In this document: positions 8,386-17,198 of the stretch, piece by piece
How positions within the stretch are numbered: the first letter of the stretch is position 1
How the letters are laid out: every line of letters starts with the position of its first letter
The notes under the pieces: model-generated
Databases searched by the model: none
What the model was told of the DNA's origin: nothing
Seen by the model: the letters and a program-made list of their open reading frames with translations, nothing else
Made by a program: the position numbers and the translations under genes
From: an uncultured Bacteriovoracaceae bacterium
Lineage (GTDB): Bacteria > Bdellovibrionota > UBA1018
Length of the DNA: 50,990 nucleotides
Reading direction: 5' to 3'
NCBI GenBank assembly: GCA_964467785.1
Contig: CAYXVB010000002.1
Coordinates: 1-50,990 of the forward strand

Positions 8386-10722
8386 ATGAAGCAAAGATCC
8401 ATGATCTTTCATTGGACAGTCCGTATGCTCCCGTTGGCGCTTGCCGCGCTCACCGTCGGCTGCTCTGTCCGGATCACTTCGATGGATCTCCCCCCCGAAG
8501 TGCTCGCCAAACTCGATAGTTCCGGCAATCTTCCGATCTCCGTCGAAAGCCCTACCCCAACCACGAGCCCGTCGCCGACACCCAGCCCGACGCCCTCTCC
8601 CTCGCCTGAGCCTTCTCCGAGCCCGTCGCCATCTCCCAGTCCGGTGCCACCGGCCAATCACGCCCCCACCGTGTCAGCGGCGACCCCTTACTTTGTGCTG
8701 AATTCTTCTACCATCACAGTGACGATGAATGATGGCGCCGGCCCCGCATTCACCGCTAGCGACATCGACGCGGGCGACACGCTGACTCTCTCCTCCGTAA
8801 CCGGAGCCCAGTATGGCACCGTGAGCCGCACTGCCACGAGCTTCACTTACACTCCGAACGCCGGGGGCCGAGGCCGGGAAACGCTGACCCTGACCGTGAC
8901 TGACAGCCAAGGCGCCCAAGGCACCGGCACGATCCAGATCAACGTGATGACCGCCAAGACTTGGACCGGCGCCACGAGCAATACCTGGGACAGCACGACC
9001 GGCGCCAACTGGTGCGGCACCGTCAAGGCGGACTTTACCGGCTGCAATGGCGGCAGCGTGCCCGGGGCGTCGGATGTCGCGGTGATCGACGACACCTGCT
9101 CAGGCGCCAATTGCAGCCCGACCACGAACTACAACGTCAGCCTCACCAGCCTCGCGATCGCTGGCTCGACGCTCACGATGGGCGCGACACGAACCCTCAC
9201 CCTGACCGGGACCTTGACCCAGTCCGCGGGCACCTTCAATGGCGCCGACGGCGCGATCTTGGTGAATGGAGCGGTGACGATCTCGGGCGGCACCTTCAAG
9301 TCCACCTCCGGCACGCTCACTGTCCGAGACGCCTGGACGATCTCGGGCTCGCCGTCCTTTGACCACAATAACGGCACCCTGCAATTCCAGGCTTCTTGGG
9401 CGCAAAGCCGCACCATCACGCCCAGCACGGTCAGCTACAAGAACGTGAACTTCGTCGGCGCCGAGCAAACCTTCACAGTCTCGGGCACGATGGCGGTGGC
9501 GGGAAATTTCGCGATCAGCTCCAGCTGGGCCGGAATCGGACTCGACACCGGTACGATCAATGTGAGCGGAAATATCGCCAACTCCGGCTCCTACGGCGTC
9601 GGCGGAAACGGCACGATCGTCGCGGCCGGCAGCGGCACCATCAGCGGGGTCTCTTCCTCCAGCTTCCCGAATATCACCATCAACACGAGCGGCACCTATT
9701 CGCTCGCCGGAACGGTGAAGATCAACGGAAACTACACCTATACCGCTGGCACGCTTAACACCGCGGGCGCTTCCATCATCTTCGGCGCCCCCTGGGCGAG
9801 CACACGCACCATCACTCCCGGCAATCTCACTTACTCCAACGTCACCTTTGCGGGCAGCGCATCCACCTATAACCTGGGCGGCGCGACCTTGAACGTCCAG
9901 GATCTCACGTTGGCGGACGCCGGCGGCTCTTCCATCGGCTCGCTCAACAACGGAACGGTCAAGGTTTACGGCAACCTTACAGCGTCCGGAATCGGCCTGA
10001 TTGGAAGCGCGTCGATAGAAATGGTCGGGACCGGCACGATTACCGGCTCGAGCGGCGCTCCACTAGGCAAACTGGTGATCAATACGAGTGACACGATCTC
10101 GCTCAGCGGCACCATTGTGATCAACGGCAGCTATACCTGGCAGGCGGGTGCGATCAATGCCGGCACTTCGACCCTCAAGTTCGCCACCACTACGGGGTCC
10201 TCACAGAGCTTGACGCTCGGTCCGGCCAGCTACGCCACCATTGATTTCTCAGGGTACATCGCCACCCAGAATCTCGGGGGCGCAACAGTCAATGTCCAGA
10301 ACCTGATCCTGAGCGATGTCAACAGCAGCGGCTCGGGCGCAGTCAATAACGGAACGATCTTGGTTTCGGGCAACCTGACCGCCTCGTCCTACGGCAAAGC
10401 CGGGACTGTCGCGATCCAACTGACAGGTGGGTCGGCCGCCTCCATCAACCAGGCGTCGGCAAACAGCTGGATCCCGGCCTCTCTTTCGATCAACAAGACC
10501 GCGGGGACGATGGTATCGCTAAGTTCCGCCGTGACCCTCAATCGCGCGGGGCAGACGCTCAACCTGACCTCGGGAGGTCTCGACCTGGCCGGCAATGCCT
10601 TGAGTATCACGGGCACGCTCTCGCTGAACGGCAATACGCTGACCAAGACCGGCGGCACATTAACGGTCAACGGTACCGCACAGGGCACGGGCTCGCTCTT
10701 TGGCGGCACGGTCGATCCGTGA
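8386..10722 (+). CDS. large surface lipoprotein: Pro/Thr/Ser linker, cadherin/Ig-like domain, tandem ~132-aa Gly/Thr/Ser/Asn-rich (beta-helix-like) modules
   Basis: ATG 8386 gives MKQRSMIFHWTVRMLPLALAALTVGC, a signal peptide with lipobox LTVGC. A PT/PS linker follows. An Ig/cadherin-like block carries ASDIDAGDTLTL...FTYTPN...LTLTVTDSQGA. After that come repeated modules, each starting (S/T)RTITP..(V/L)(S/T)Y.NV.F.G. Confidence 0.75.
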   Translation: MKQRSMIFHWTVRMLPLALAALTVGCSVRITSMDLPPEVLAKLDSSGNLPISVESPTPTTSPSPTPSPTPSPSPEPSPSPSPSPSPVPPANHAPTVSAATPYFVLNSSTITVTMNDGAGPAFTASDIDAGDTLTLSSVTGAQYGTVSRTATSFTYTPNAGGRGRETLTLTVTDSQGAQGTGTIQINVMTAKTWTGATSNTWDSTTGANWCGTVKADFTGCNGGSVPGASDVAVIDDTCSGANCSPTTNYNVSLTSLAIAGSTLTMGATRTLTLTGTLTQSAGTFNGADGAILVNGAVTISGGTFKSTSGTLTVRDAWTISGSPSFDHNNGTLQFQASWAQSRTITPSTVSYKNVNFVGAEQTFTVSGTMAVAGNFAISSSWAGIGLDTGTINVSGNIANSGSYGVGGNGTIVAAGSGTISGVSSSSFPNITINTSGTYSLAGTVKINGNYTYTAGTLNTAGASIIFGAPWASTRTITPGNLTYSNVTFAGSASTYNLGGATLNVQDLTLADAGGSSIGSLNNGTVKVYGNLTASGIGLIGSASIEMVGTGTITGSSGAPLGKLVINTSDTISLSGTIVINGSYTWQAGAINAGTSTLKFATTTGSSQSLTLGPASYATIDFSGYIATQNLGGATVNVQNLILSDVNSSGSGAVNNGTILVSGNLTASSYGKAGTVAIQLTGGSAASINQASANSWIPASLSINKTAGTMVSLSSAVTLNRAGQTLNLTSGGLDLAGNALSITGTLSLNGNTLTKTGGTLTVNGTAQGTGSLFGGTVDP
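8548..8652 (+). repeat. intragenic low-complexity (Ser/Thr-Pro)n coding repeat
   Basis: Encodes SPTPTTSPSPTPSPTPSPSPEPSPSPSPSPSPVPP. The DNA is a run of degenerate CCN-(A/T)CN dicodons. Confidence 0.9.
9406..10719 (+). repeat. three tandem ~396-405 nt (about 132-135 aa) coding modules inside the lipoprotein gene
   Basis: Module starts SRTITPSTVSYKNVNFVG (about 9406), TRTITPGNLTYSNVTFAG (about 9802) and SQSLTLGPASYATIDFSG (about 10201). They share internal motifs (GTI.VSGN(L/I)..SG, IN(T/K)S...SL.G(T)V.ING.YT). A more degenerate copy lies upstream, around 9130-9400. Confidence 0.75.
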
Positions 10723-11928
10723 TCAGCCGACTTTTCGGGTGCCCGCGGGCGTGACTCCGGGAATGCCGGTCGGCCTTGCCGCGGCTCCCGGCTGGACTTG
10801 GCCCTGCGGGGGCAAGCCCACGGACTGGACTCCGACCGGAACCGGCTGGACTCCGGCGGCAGTGGCGTTCTTGGGCGCCCATTGGGCAAAGAGATTTTTG
10901 TCGTTGGCGAATTCCCAGGCGTCCTCGCCCTTGACCTCGCCAGCCTTGACCGCGTCGAGCAGAGTGCTGTCAAGGACCTGCATCCCCTCTTTCCGCGCCG
11001 TCTGCATGGTGCTTGGGATCTGAAAGGTCTTACCTTCGCGGATCAAGTTGGCCACGGCCGCGTTGTTGACCATGATCTCATGGAAGGCGATGCGGCGCTT
11101 GCGATCGGCGCTCGGGATCAGCTTTTGGTTGATCACGACCTTGAGCGTCTCGGAGAGGACGGTGCGGACCTGCGCCTGCTCCTCGGCCGGAAAGGTATTG
11201 ATGATGCGGTCGATCGTCTTGGACGCTGAATTGGTGTGCAGCGTGGAAAAGACGAGGTGCCCCGTCTCCGCGGCTTTGAGCGCGAGCGCGACGGTTTCCG
11301 CGTCACGCATCTCGCCGATCAGGATGACGTCAGGATCTTCGCGCAGGGCGGCCTTGAGGCCCGAGGAGAAGTCGGTGAAGTGCCCGCCCAGCGAGCGCTG
11401 ATTGACCATGCACATCTTGGATTCGTGCTGGAATTCGATCGGGTCCTCGAGAGTGAGGATATGGCCCGCGGTGGTCATATTGATGTGGTTGAGCATCGCC
11501 GCGAGCGTGGTCGACTTACCGGAGCCGGTCGGGCCGCAGACCAGCACGAGCCCGTTGGAATAGGAAGTCGCCGTCTCGCAGATCGGCGGGCACCTGAGCT
11601 CGGCCAACGTGGGCGGAGACTCCGCCAAGGCGCGCATGACGAGCGAGAGACCATGGCGTTGATTGAAGACGTTGGCGCGGAAGATCCCCACTCCCGGCGC
11701 GCGGAAGGCGAAGTCGATGCTCTTCTTTTCGAGAAGCTCCAACTTCTGGTCCTGAGTCATGACCTGATTGATCATGCTTTCGACATCCTGGGGCGAAAGC
11801 GGCGGCATCTCGATCTTGACCATGTCGCCGCGGACCCGGATCATGGGCACGGACTTGGCCGCGACATGAAGGTCGGAACCCTTTGCCTGCATCATCACCT
11901 GGAGGAACTGTACGATACTCGCACCCAT
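10723..11928 (-). CDS. pilT: type IV pilus retraction ATPase PilT with ~50-aa Pro/Gly/Val-rich C-terminal extension
   Basis: Contains GSDLHV, Walker A GPTGSGKSTTLAAM, HILTLEDPIEF, ALREDPDVILIGEMRD and GHLVFSTLHTNSA. The tail ...AAGVQPVPVGVQSVGLPPQGQVQPGAAARPTGIPG is additional to the PilT core. Confidence 0.92.
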   Translation of the reverse strand: MGASIVQFLQVMMQAKGSDLHVAAKSVPMIRVRGDMVKIEMPPLSPQDVESMINQVMTQDQKLELLEKKSIDFAFRAPGVGIFRANVFNQRHGLSLVMRALAESPPTLAELRCPPICETATSYSNGLVLVCGPTGSGKSTTLAAMLNHINMTTAGHILTLEDPIEFQHESKMCMVNQRSLGGHFTDFSSGLKAALREDPDVILIGEMRDAETVALALKAAETGHLVFSTLHTNSASKTIDRIINTFPAEEQAQVRTVLSETLKVVINQKLIPSADRKRRIAFHEIMVNNAAVANLIREGKTFQIPSTMQTARKEGMQVLDSTLLDAVKAGEVKGEDAWEFANDKNLFAQWAPKNATAAGVQPVPVGVQSVGLPPQGQVQPGAAARPTGIPGVTPAGTRKVG

Positions 11929-11993
11929 GCTTGAGACTGATCGGCAAAGGTGCTGCGTAGTTTAAGGGAAATCTTTACCGGAGGCAGGCCCCG

Positions 11994-12782
11994 TTAACGC
12001 CTCATCACCACCGAGGGCGAGGCCTGATCCACCGGATAGAGGACGATTTCCTGGATATTGACGTGCGCCGGACGACTGACGCTCCAAAGCACGGCTTCGG
12101 CGATATCTTCGGGAGTCAGGGGTTGCATCCCCGCATAAACTGCCTTAGCGCGCCCGGCGTCTCCGAGCCGCACTTCGCTGAACTCCGTTTCGACCATACC
12201 CGGGGCGATCTCGGTCACCCGGATCGGCGTGCCATTGAGGTCCAGACGCAAAGACTCCGAGAGCGAGCGCACCGCCCATTTGGTGGCGGCGTAAATGTTG
12301 CCCCTCGGATAGTTCCAGCGTCCGGCGACCGAGCCCAGGTTGACGATGTGTCCGCGGCCCGCGGCGAGCAAATGGGGCAGCATCAAACGAGTCATGTAGA
12401 GTAGGCCTTTGACGTTGGTGTCGATCATCTCGTCCCAATCATCCAGGCTTCCCTGCTGGATCGAAACGAGGCCCCGTGCAAGCCCGGCGTTATTGACGAG
12501 TACGCCGATGCGCCCGGCAAGACCCCGCTGGGACTCAAACCAGGCTTCGACCTCTTCGCGCCGGCTGACATCCAGGGCAAACGCGTGGATCTCGACGCCA
12601 TGGGCGCTTCGCAGCTCGTCGGCCAGCGCGTCGATCCGCTCCTTTCGGCGGGCGGTCAGTACGACCCCGTACCCCGCGCCTGCAAACGCGCGGGCGCAGG
12701 CGGCCCCGATACCGGCGCTCGCGCCAGTGATCAGGACCAGGGGCAAGGAAACGGCAGGACGAGAAAAGTTGGTCTTGGCCAT
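11994..12782 (-). CDS. SDR family NAD(P)-dependent oxidoreductase (YdfG-like)
   Basis: Cofactor motif TGASAGIGAA, NNAG motif, and catalytic Y..xK (YAATKWAV). Confidence 0.85.
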   Translation of the reverse strand: MAKTNFSRPAVSLPLVLITGASAGIGAACARAFAGAGYGVVLTARRKERIDALADELRSAHGVEIHAFALDVSRREEVEAWFESQRGLAGRIGVLVNNAGLARGLVSIQQGSLDDWDEMIDTNVKGLLYMTRLMLPHLLAAGRGHIVNLGSVAGRWNYPRGNIYAATKWAVRSLSESLRLDLNGTPIRVTEIAPGMVETEFSEVRLGDAGRAKAVYAGMQPLTPEDIAEAVLWSVSRPAHVNIQEIVLYPVDQASPSVVMRR

Positions 12783-12823
12783 GGCTCAGATGGATACCAT
12801 ATCGCGCAGTCCGAGGAGAACTG

Positions 12824-13552
12824 TCAGGTGGCAGCCCCGGGCAAAGAGCCGCCGCCGCCGCATACTCGCTCAAACTCCTCCTCCGGCTGCGCCTCGATTC
12901 GCATCCTCTCGCCCGTCGCCGGATGCGCGAACTCGATCGACTCGCCGAGGAGCATCAGACGATGCGCCCCAAAACGCTCGCGCAGCAATCGATTGTAGCG
13001 ACCGTCTCCATAGACCGTGTCCCCGAGGATCGGATGGGAGATCGAGCTCAGGTGCTTGCGCACTTGATGCCTCCGTCCCGTGTCCGTCGAGACCCGGACT
13101 AGCGCAATCCGGGAAGTCGCATAACGTCCGGTGGCGACTGGGATCTCGGCTTTGCAAAGGACCCGATAGTGACTCACGGCCGGGGCCAGATCCGCCTCGG
13201 AATCACATTGCTTGGACTGCAGGGAGGATCGCAACGCCTTATCCACCGTCCCCTGCTCCTCCGGCCAACCCCGTACCGCCGCGAGGTAAGTCTTGCGGAC
13301 CGCATGCTCACGGAACTGTCGCGCCAATCCGGAGGCGCTTTCGGAGCTCAAACCGAAAATAAGAACTCCCGAAGCCGAACGGTCCAGCCGATGGACCGGA
13401 TAAACCCATTGCCCGAGCTGGTCGCGCAGCTCGGTCATCGCCGAGCGGGTCTCGCCCGCCGCGATCCGCGATCGGTGAACGAGCAGGCCGCTCGGTTTAT
13501 GGATCGCGACCAGTTGCGAGTCCTCAAAAAGGATCGTGAGTTTCGTGCTCAT
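12824..13552 (-). CDS. RluA-family pseudouridine synthase (TruC-like size, no S4 domain)
   Basis: Contains VAIHKPSGLLVH, catalytic Asp motif HRLDRSASGVLIFG, and RHQVRKHL. Confidence 0.8.
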   Translation of the reverse strand: MSTKLTILFEDSQLVAIHKPSGLLVHRSRIAAGETRSAMTELRDQLGQWVYPVHRLDRSASGVLIFGLSSESASGLARQFREHAVRKTYLAAVRGWPEEQGTVDKALRSSLQSKQCDSEADLAPAVSHYRVLCKAEIPVATGRYATSRIALVRVSTDTGRRHQVRKHLSSISHPILGDTVYGDGRYNRLLRERFGAHRLMLLGESIEFAHPATGERMRIEAQPEEEFERVCGGGGSLPGAAT

Positions 13553-13593
13553 TTGGTTGTCAATTTCTCACTCCGGATACCGAATCGTAAATC

Positions 13594-14319
13594 ATGCATA
13601 ACATCACAAACACCATCCGCACCACTTCCGCCGTCCTGTTTATCGCCCTCCTGTCCGCGACTCCAAGCGCGCTCGCCAAAGACACCCATTCGTCGCATCA
13701 CGCCGAAACTCATGGCGTGCCCGCGGCCGCTGCGCTCAAGATGCTTCAGGAAGGCAATCAGCGCTTCATCGAAGGCAAGGTCAAGCACCCCGATCAGGAG
13801 CTCCCGCGCCGCAAGGAATTGGCTTCCGGTCAGAAACCCGCGGCCATCATCCTCTCTTGCAGCGACTCCCGCGTGCCGCCGGAGCTCGTGTTTGACCAGG
13901 GGTTGGGCAATCTCTTCGTCATCCGCGTGGCGGGCAATATCGTCGACTCCGCCGGCATGGCCACCATCGAGTACGCGGTCGAGCACCTCGGCACCCGGCT
14001 GATTGTCGTCATGGGCCACGAATCCTGTGGCGCGGTCAAAGCCGCGCTCACGACTCCGCGCGGCCAGAGCGCTGGCTCGCCGGATCTCGACATCTTGGTC
14101 AGCACTATCCAGCCCGCCCTAGGCGAAAGCGACCCCGCGAGCACGACGCAAGACAAGACCATCCGTAAACCGGTCATTCGCAATGTTGACGCGGTCGCCG
14201 ACCACCTCCTTCTCCGCTCCAAGATCCTGCGCGAAGCCAACGAAAAGGGCTCGCTCAAGATCACGCGCGCCATCTACAGTCTTGGCACGGGCAAAGTTGA
14301 GTTCTGGGATCAGAAGTAA
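13594..14319 (+). CDS. beta-class carbonic anhydrase with signal peptide
   Basis: Signal peptide TSAVLFIALLSATPSALA. Zinc and catalytic motifs SCSDSRVPPE, VIRVAGN and GHESCGAV. Confidence 0.88.
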   Translation: MHNITNTIRTTSAVLFIALLSATPSALAKDTHSSHHAETHGVPAAAALKMLQEGNQRFIEGKVKHPDQELPRRKELASGQKPAAIILSCSDSRVPPELVFDQGLGNLFVIRVAGNIVDSAGMATIEYAVEHLGTRLIVVMGHESCGAVKAALTTPRGQSAGSPDLDILVSTIQPALGESDPASTTQDKTIRKPVIRNVDAVADHLLLRSKILREANEKGSLKITRAIYSLGTGKVEFWDQK

Positions 14320-14348
14320 CGCAAACGCAAAATGTCGCCGAAAAACCG

Positions 14349-14401
14349 GCCCGTCGCGCAGGCTGTCGTCCAGACGCACCTCCGCGGCGGGCATTTTTTT
14401 T
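14349..14401 (+). terminator. putative intrinsic terminator after carbonic anhydrase gene
   Basis: GCCCGTCGCG (14349-58) can pair with CGCGGCGGGC (14383-92) with one G-U/mismatch. It is followed by A plus an 8-T run (14394-14401). The loop is long (24 nt), so the structure is not ideal. Confidence 0.5.
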
Positions 14402-14471
14402 AGTCGCTGGATTGACACACCGGACGGCCTGCGAGACTCTCCCTCCCATCAACATCCCATGGGGGGGATAC

Positions 14472-15170
14472 ATGAAATCTCGCATGCACTTCGCTTCGGC
14501 GATTCTGTTCGTGGCTTCGCTTTTCTCGGCTTCCACTTCCTTCGGCTATGAATTCGATTCAAGCCTCGACAAGAAGATCGCCGCCCAGGTCAAGGCTGAC
14601 CTGGACTTCATGAACTCGCTCAGCGGCTCCAAAGTCACTCCGCTTCATCAGCAGATCTTTGGCTCGATGGACGGCAAGGGTTACAAGAACTGGTTCGAGT
14701 CGCGCGTTACTTTGATCGGCTTCAACGCCTGCGGGGGCGGAAACGCCGTCGCCTGCGTGATTCCGTGGCTTGGTTCCTCCAAGATCTGGGTTACCAACAA
14801 CTACATCAAGTTCAGTCATCCGCAGATCTCCCGCATGATGGTCGTCTACCACGAAGCCCGCCACACCGAAGTCAAGGCCGGCAACTGGAGCCACGCCACC
14901 TGCCCCGAGCCCTTCAAGAACGAAAAGGGCGAGGACATGAAGAGCATCTGGACCGGCGCTCCGCTCGCGGGCGAGCCCGCCTGTGACGAGACGCCGTTCG
15001 GCTCCTACGGTTCCTCCACCATCCTGCTCAAAAACGTCTCGAAGTTCTGCGAAAACTGCAGCGAGAAGGTCCGCATGGACGCCGGAATCTACTCCGACGA
15101 CCAGATGGGCCGCATCATCGACGCGGGCGCCAAGACTCAGATGCAGAAGGACTTCGCTTACGGCACCTAA
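14472..15170 (+). CDS. secreted Cys-rich protein with HEXXH (HEARH) zinc-metallopeptidase-like motif
   Basis: ATG 14472 gives MKSRMHFASAILFVASLFSASTSFG, a signal peptide. The motif VVYHEARHTE and several Cys residues are present. No family recognised. Confidence 0.6.
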   Translation: MKSRMHFASAILFVASLFSASTSFGYEFDSSLDKKIAAQVKADLDFMNSLSGSKVTPLHQQIFGSMDGKGYKNWFESRVTLIGFNACGGGNAVACVIPWLGSSKIWVTNNYIKFSHPQISRMMVVYHEARHTEVKAGNWSHATCPEPFKNEKGEDMKSIWTGAPLAGEPACDETPFGSYGSSTILLKNVSKFCENCSEKVRMDAGIYSDDQMGRIIDAGAKTQMQKDFAYGT

Positions 15171-15909
15171 ACAGCGTTCCTCAAAAAGAGTAGCGGTATC
15201 TCTCGCCGCCGCCGCAGGGATCTCCCTCGCGGCGGCGGTTTTCTATCATTGGAGCCGCTCGGTGCCCGACAGTCCGCTCGACTCTTCCGGAAGCGCCACG
15301 GTTCCGAACGTCATTTCCGGCCCGGCTTCCGGATCCGATTCCGACCCGTCGGCGCCGCCCAAGACCGGGCAGCCCGCCGCTCCGCTCGCGGAATCGAACT
15401 GGTCCGTCGAAACCCGAAAAAAATTGGCCGTACTGAACGAGATCCTCGCCAGCCGCGATGACAATGACCCGCGGATGGATCGAGATCTCAAGAACCTGAG
15501 CGTCGAAGCCAAGCAAGCGCTTCGCGAACGCTACCGCACTCTGACGCCCGAAGACCGGAACGGCCGCGGCACCGTCGTGTTCCTCATTGGTCGCGAGCTT
15601 CAAAGCGCCGAAGACGTCGCCTTCCTGGCCGACGTCCTCAGCGAGGCCCCGTGCCTGAGCCTCGCCGACTGCTCTCGGGACACCTCCGTCTCGCGCGGCG
15701 CCGACATTCACCAGGACGAGGGGATCGGCGTGACTCTCAGTTACCCGCAGATTGTCTCCCTGGTATCGATCGAGCGCTTCCTCGAGAAAAGCGGAGGTCA
15801 GATTCCGCCCGCCCTCCGCGACAGCATCGCGCGCGCGGTCCGTAGCGCCGAGAGCTCACCGGTTCCTGCGGTCGCGCAACGAGCCCATCGCCTCGCATCC
15901 AAGCTCTGA
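14983..15909 (+). CDS. hypothetical membrane-anchored protein (start unresolved)
   Basis: Convincing protein-like sequence begins at the anchor SSKRVAVSLAAAAGISLAAAVFYHW (about 15178). The only upstream in-frame start is GTG 14983, 188 nt inside the previous gene and encoding Arg-rich junk. The next canonical start (GTG 15262) lies after the anchor. Confidence 0.45.
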   Translation: MTRRRSAPTVPPPSCSKTSRSSAKTAARRSAWTPESTPTTRWAASSTRAPRLRCRRTSLTAPKQRSSKRVAVSLAAAAGISLAAAVFYHWSRSVPDSPLDSSGSATVPNVISGPASGSDSDPSAPPKTGQPAAPLAESNWSVETRKKLAVLNEILASRDDNDPRMDRDLKNLSVEAKQALRERYRTLTPEDRNGRGTVVFLIGRELQSAEDVAFLADVLSEAPCLSLADCSRDTSVSRGADIHQDEGIGVTLSYPQIVSLVSIERFLEKSGGQIPPALRDSIARAVRSAESSPVPAVAQRAHRLASKL

Positions 15910-15930
15910 TTTCCCGTTCCTATTCCAAGC

Positions 15931-17169
15931 TCAGGACGGGCGGGTGCGGCTCAGCAACAGATCCGCGATGATCGCGTCCTTGATCTTGAGCGCGATCAGC
16001 GGGTGGTCACGCTCCAGTTCGCCGAGGCCCTGGCGGTTGAAAACCAGCGCCGCAATCGGCTCCCGGACTAGGACGGTGGCCGCGCGCTGGGCATGCTCGA
16101 AGAGCGAGCGCTCACCGATGATGTACGGAGCCTTACGGTTGGCGGCGAGCTTTCCGTCGACCAGCACGTCGACCGCCCCGGAAAGCAGGACCCATAGCTC
16201 CTCGGCCGGATCCCCCTGCTTCATCAGGGTCTCGCCCGCGCCCGCGCTCCGGTAGGTGGCATAGCCCGACACCCGCTCGAGCTGCGCCTGCGTGAGCGAG
16301 GAGAAAAACGAAACTTTGGATATCCCCTCGAGCCGGATCATCGGCGAGATCCAGCCTCCGAGAGTCGGCTCGTTTTCGAGCAAAGCGGATTCCCGGACCT
16401 GCACCAGGACGACGGACACGTTGTCGGTGCCGCCACGGCGGTTTGCCTCCGCGATGATGGCCTCCACGCGCGAGGCGAGATCCGCCGCCGGAGCGCCGAG
16501 CATCCCGGCGATTTCCGGATCGGAGAGATGCTTGGTGAGCCCGTCCGAGCAGAGGAGGAGCACATCACCCGGCATCAGTCCGATCGAAAACGCGTCGGGG
16601 AAAACCTGCGGCGATAGGCCCACGGCTTGCCAGATCGCGTTCTTGAGATGCGGCTGCGCCTTCAGGAACGACTCGACCTCGTCTTCGCGGATCTGCTTGT
16701 TGCGGACCGCGAGATGTCCCTGGTGGTGATCCTCGGTGTAGAGCTCGAGTCGGCCATTTCGCCAGAGATAGACCCGCGAATCCCCCACATGCGCCACGAA
16801 GGCGTGGCCCGCGACGACCCAGACCAGGTCGAGCGTGGTGGCCATGTTGCGATGCTCGGGCGCTTCCAACGACTTCTGGAACACCACCTTGGAGGCGTAC
16901 TCGACCGCGGCTTTGACCAGTACCGTGCCCTGCTGAGCGGTCGGCGCCGGATACTTCTGCGCGAGCGCGCGAAGATACTGCTGCACCGCCTGCACCGCCA
17001 GCCGGCTCGCGATCTCACCCGAGGCATGGCCGCCCACGCCGTCGGCGATCGCATAGATCCCCGCCTGCGGATCGACTAAAAGGAAATCCTCGTTATTGGC
17101 GCGGATCCGGCCCCGGTCGGAGATGCCCGCCGCTTCGATCTTAAAGGAAACCGCTCTCTTCGGCGTCAT
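15931..17169 (-). CDS. PP2C-family Ser/Thr phosphatase fused to C-terminal cyclic nucleotide-binding domain
   Basis: PP2C motifs: SDRGRIRANNEDF, AIADGVGGHASGEIAS, LLLCSDGL, GGTDNVSVVLV. The C-terminal cNMP fold shows LMKQGDPAEELWVLLSGAV and IIGERSLF...RAATVLV. I place the start at ATG 17169, which avoids overlap with the upstream gene. Confidence 0.85.
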   Translation of the reverse strand: MTPKRAVSFKIEAAGISDRGRIRANNEDFLLVDPQAGIYAIADGVGGHASGEIASRLAVQAVQQYLRALAQKYPAPTAQQGTVLVKAAVEYASKVVFQKSLEAPEHRNMATTLDLVWVVAGHAFVAHVGDSRVYLWRNGRLELYTEDHHQGHLAVRNKQIREDEVESFLKAQPHLKNAIWQAVGLSPQVFPDAFSIGLMPGDVLLLCSDGLTKHLSDPEIAGMLGAPAADLASRVEAIIAEANRRGGTDNVSVVLVQVRESALLENEPTLGGWISPMIRLEGISKVSFFSSLTQAQLERVSGYATYRSAGAGETLMKQGDPAEELWVLLSGAVDVLVDGKLAANRKAPYIIGERSLFEHAQRAATVLVREPIAALVFNRQGLGELERDHPLIALKIKDAIIADLLLSRTRPS

Positions 17170-17198
17170 TTGCCCCGCTCCCAAGGAGTTGATTCCCT

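Noticed and set aside
8548-8652. Possible CRISPR-like or minisatellite array
   Set aside because: The periodicity is only dicodon (Ser/Thr-Pro) low complexity inside a coding region. There are no spacer-repeat units. No CRISPR array exists anywhere in the window.
12409-13362. 317-aa plus-strand ORF spanning the SDR and pseudouridine synthase loci
   Set aside because: It is a Ser/Arg/Pro-rich shadow frame opposite two genes with strong catalytic motifs.
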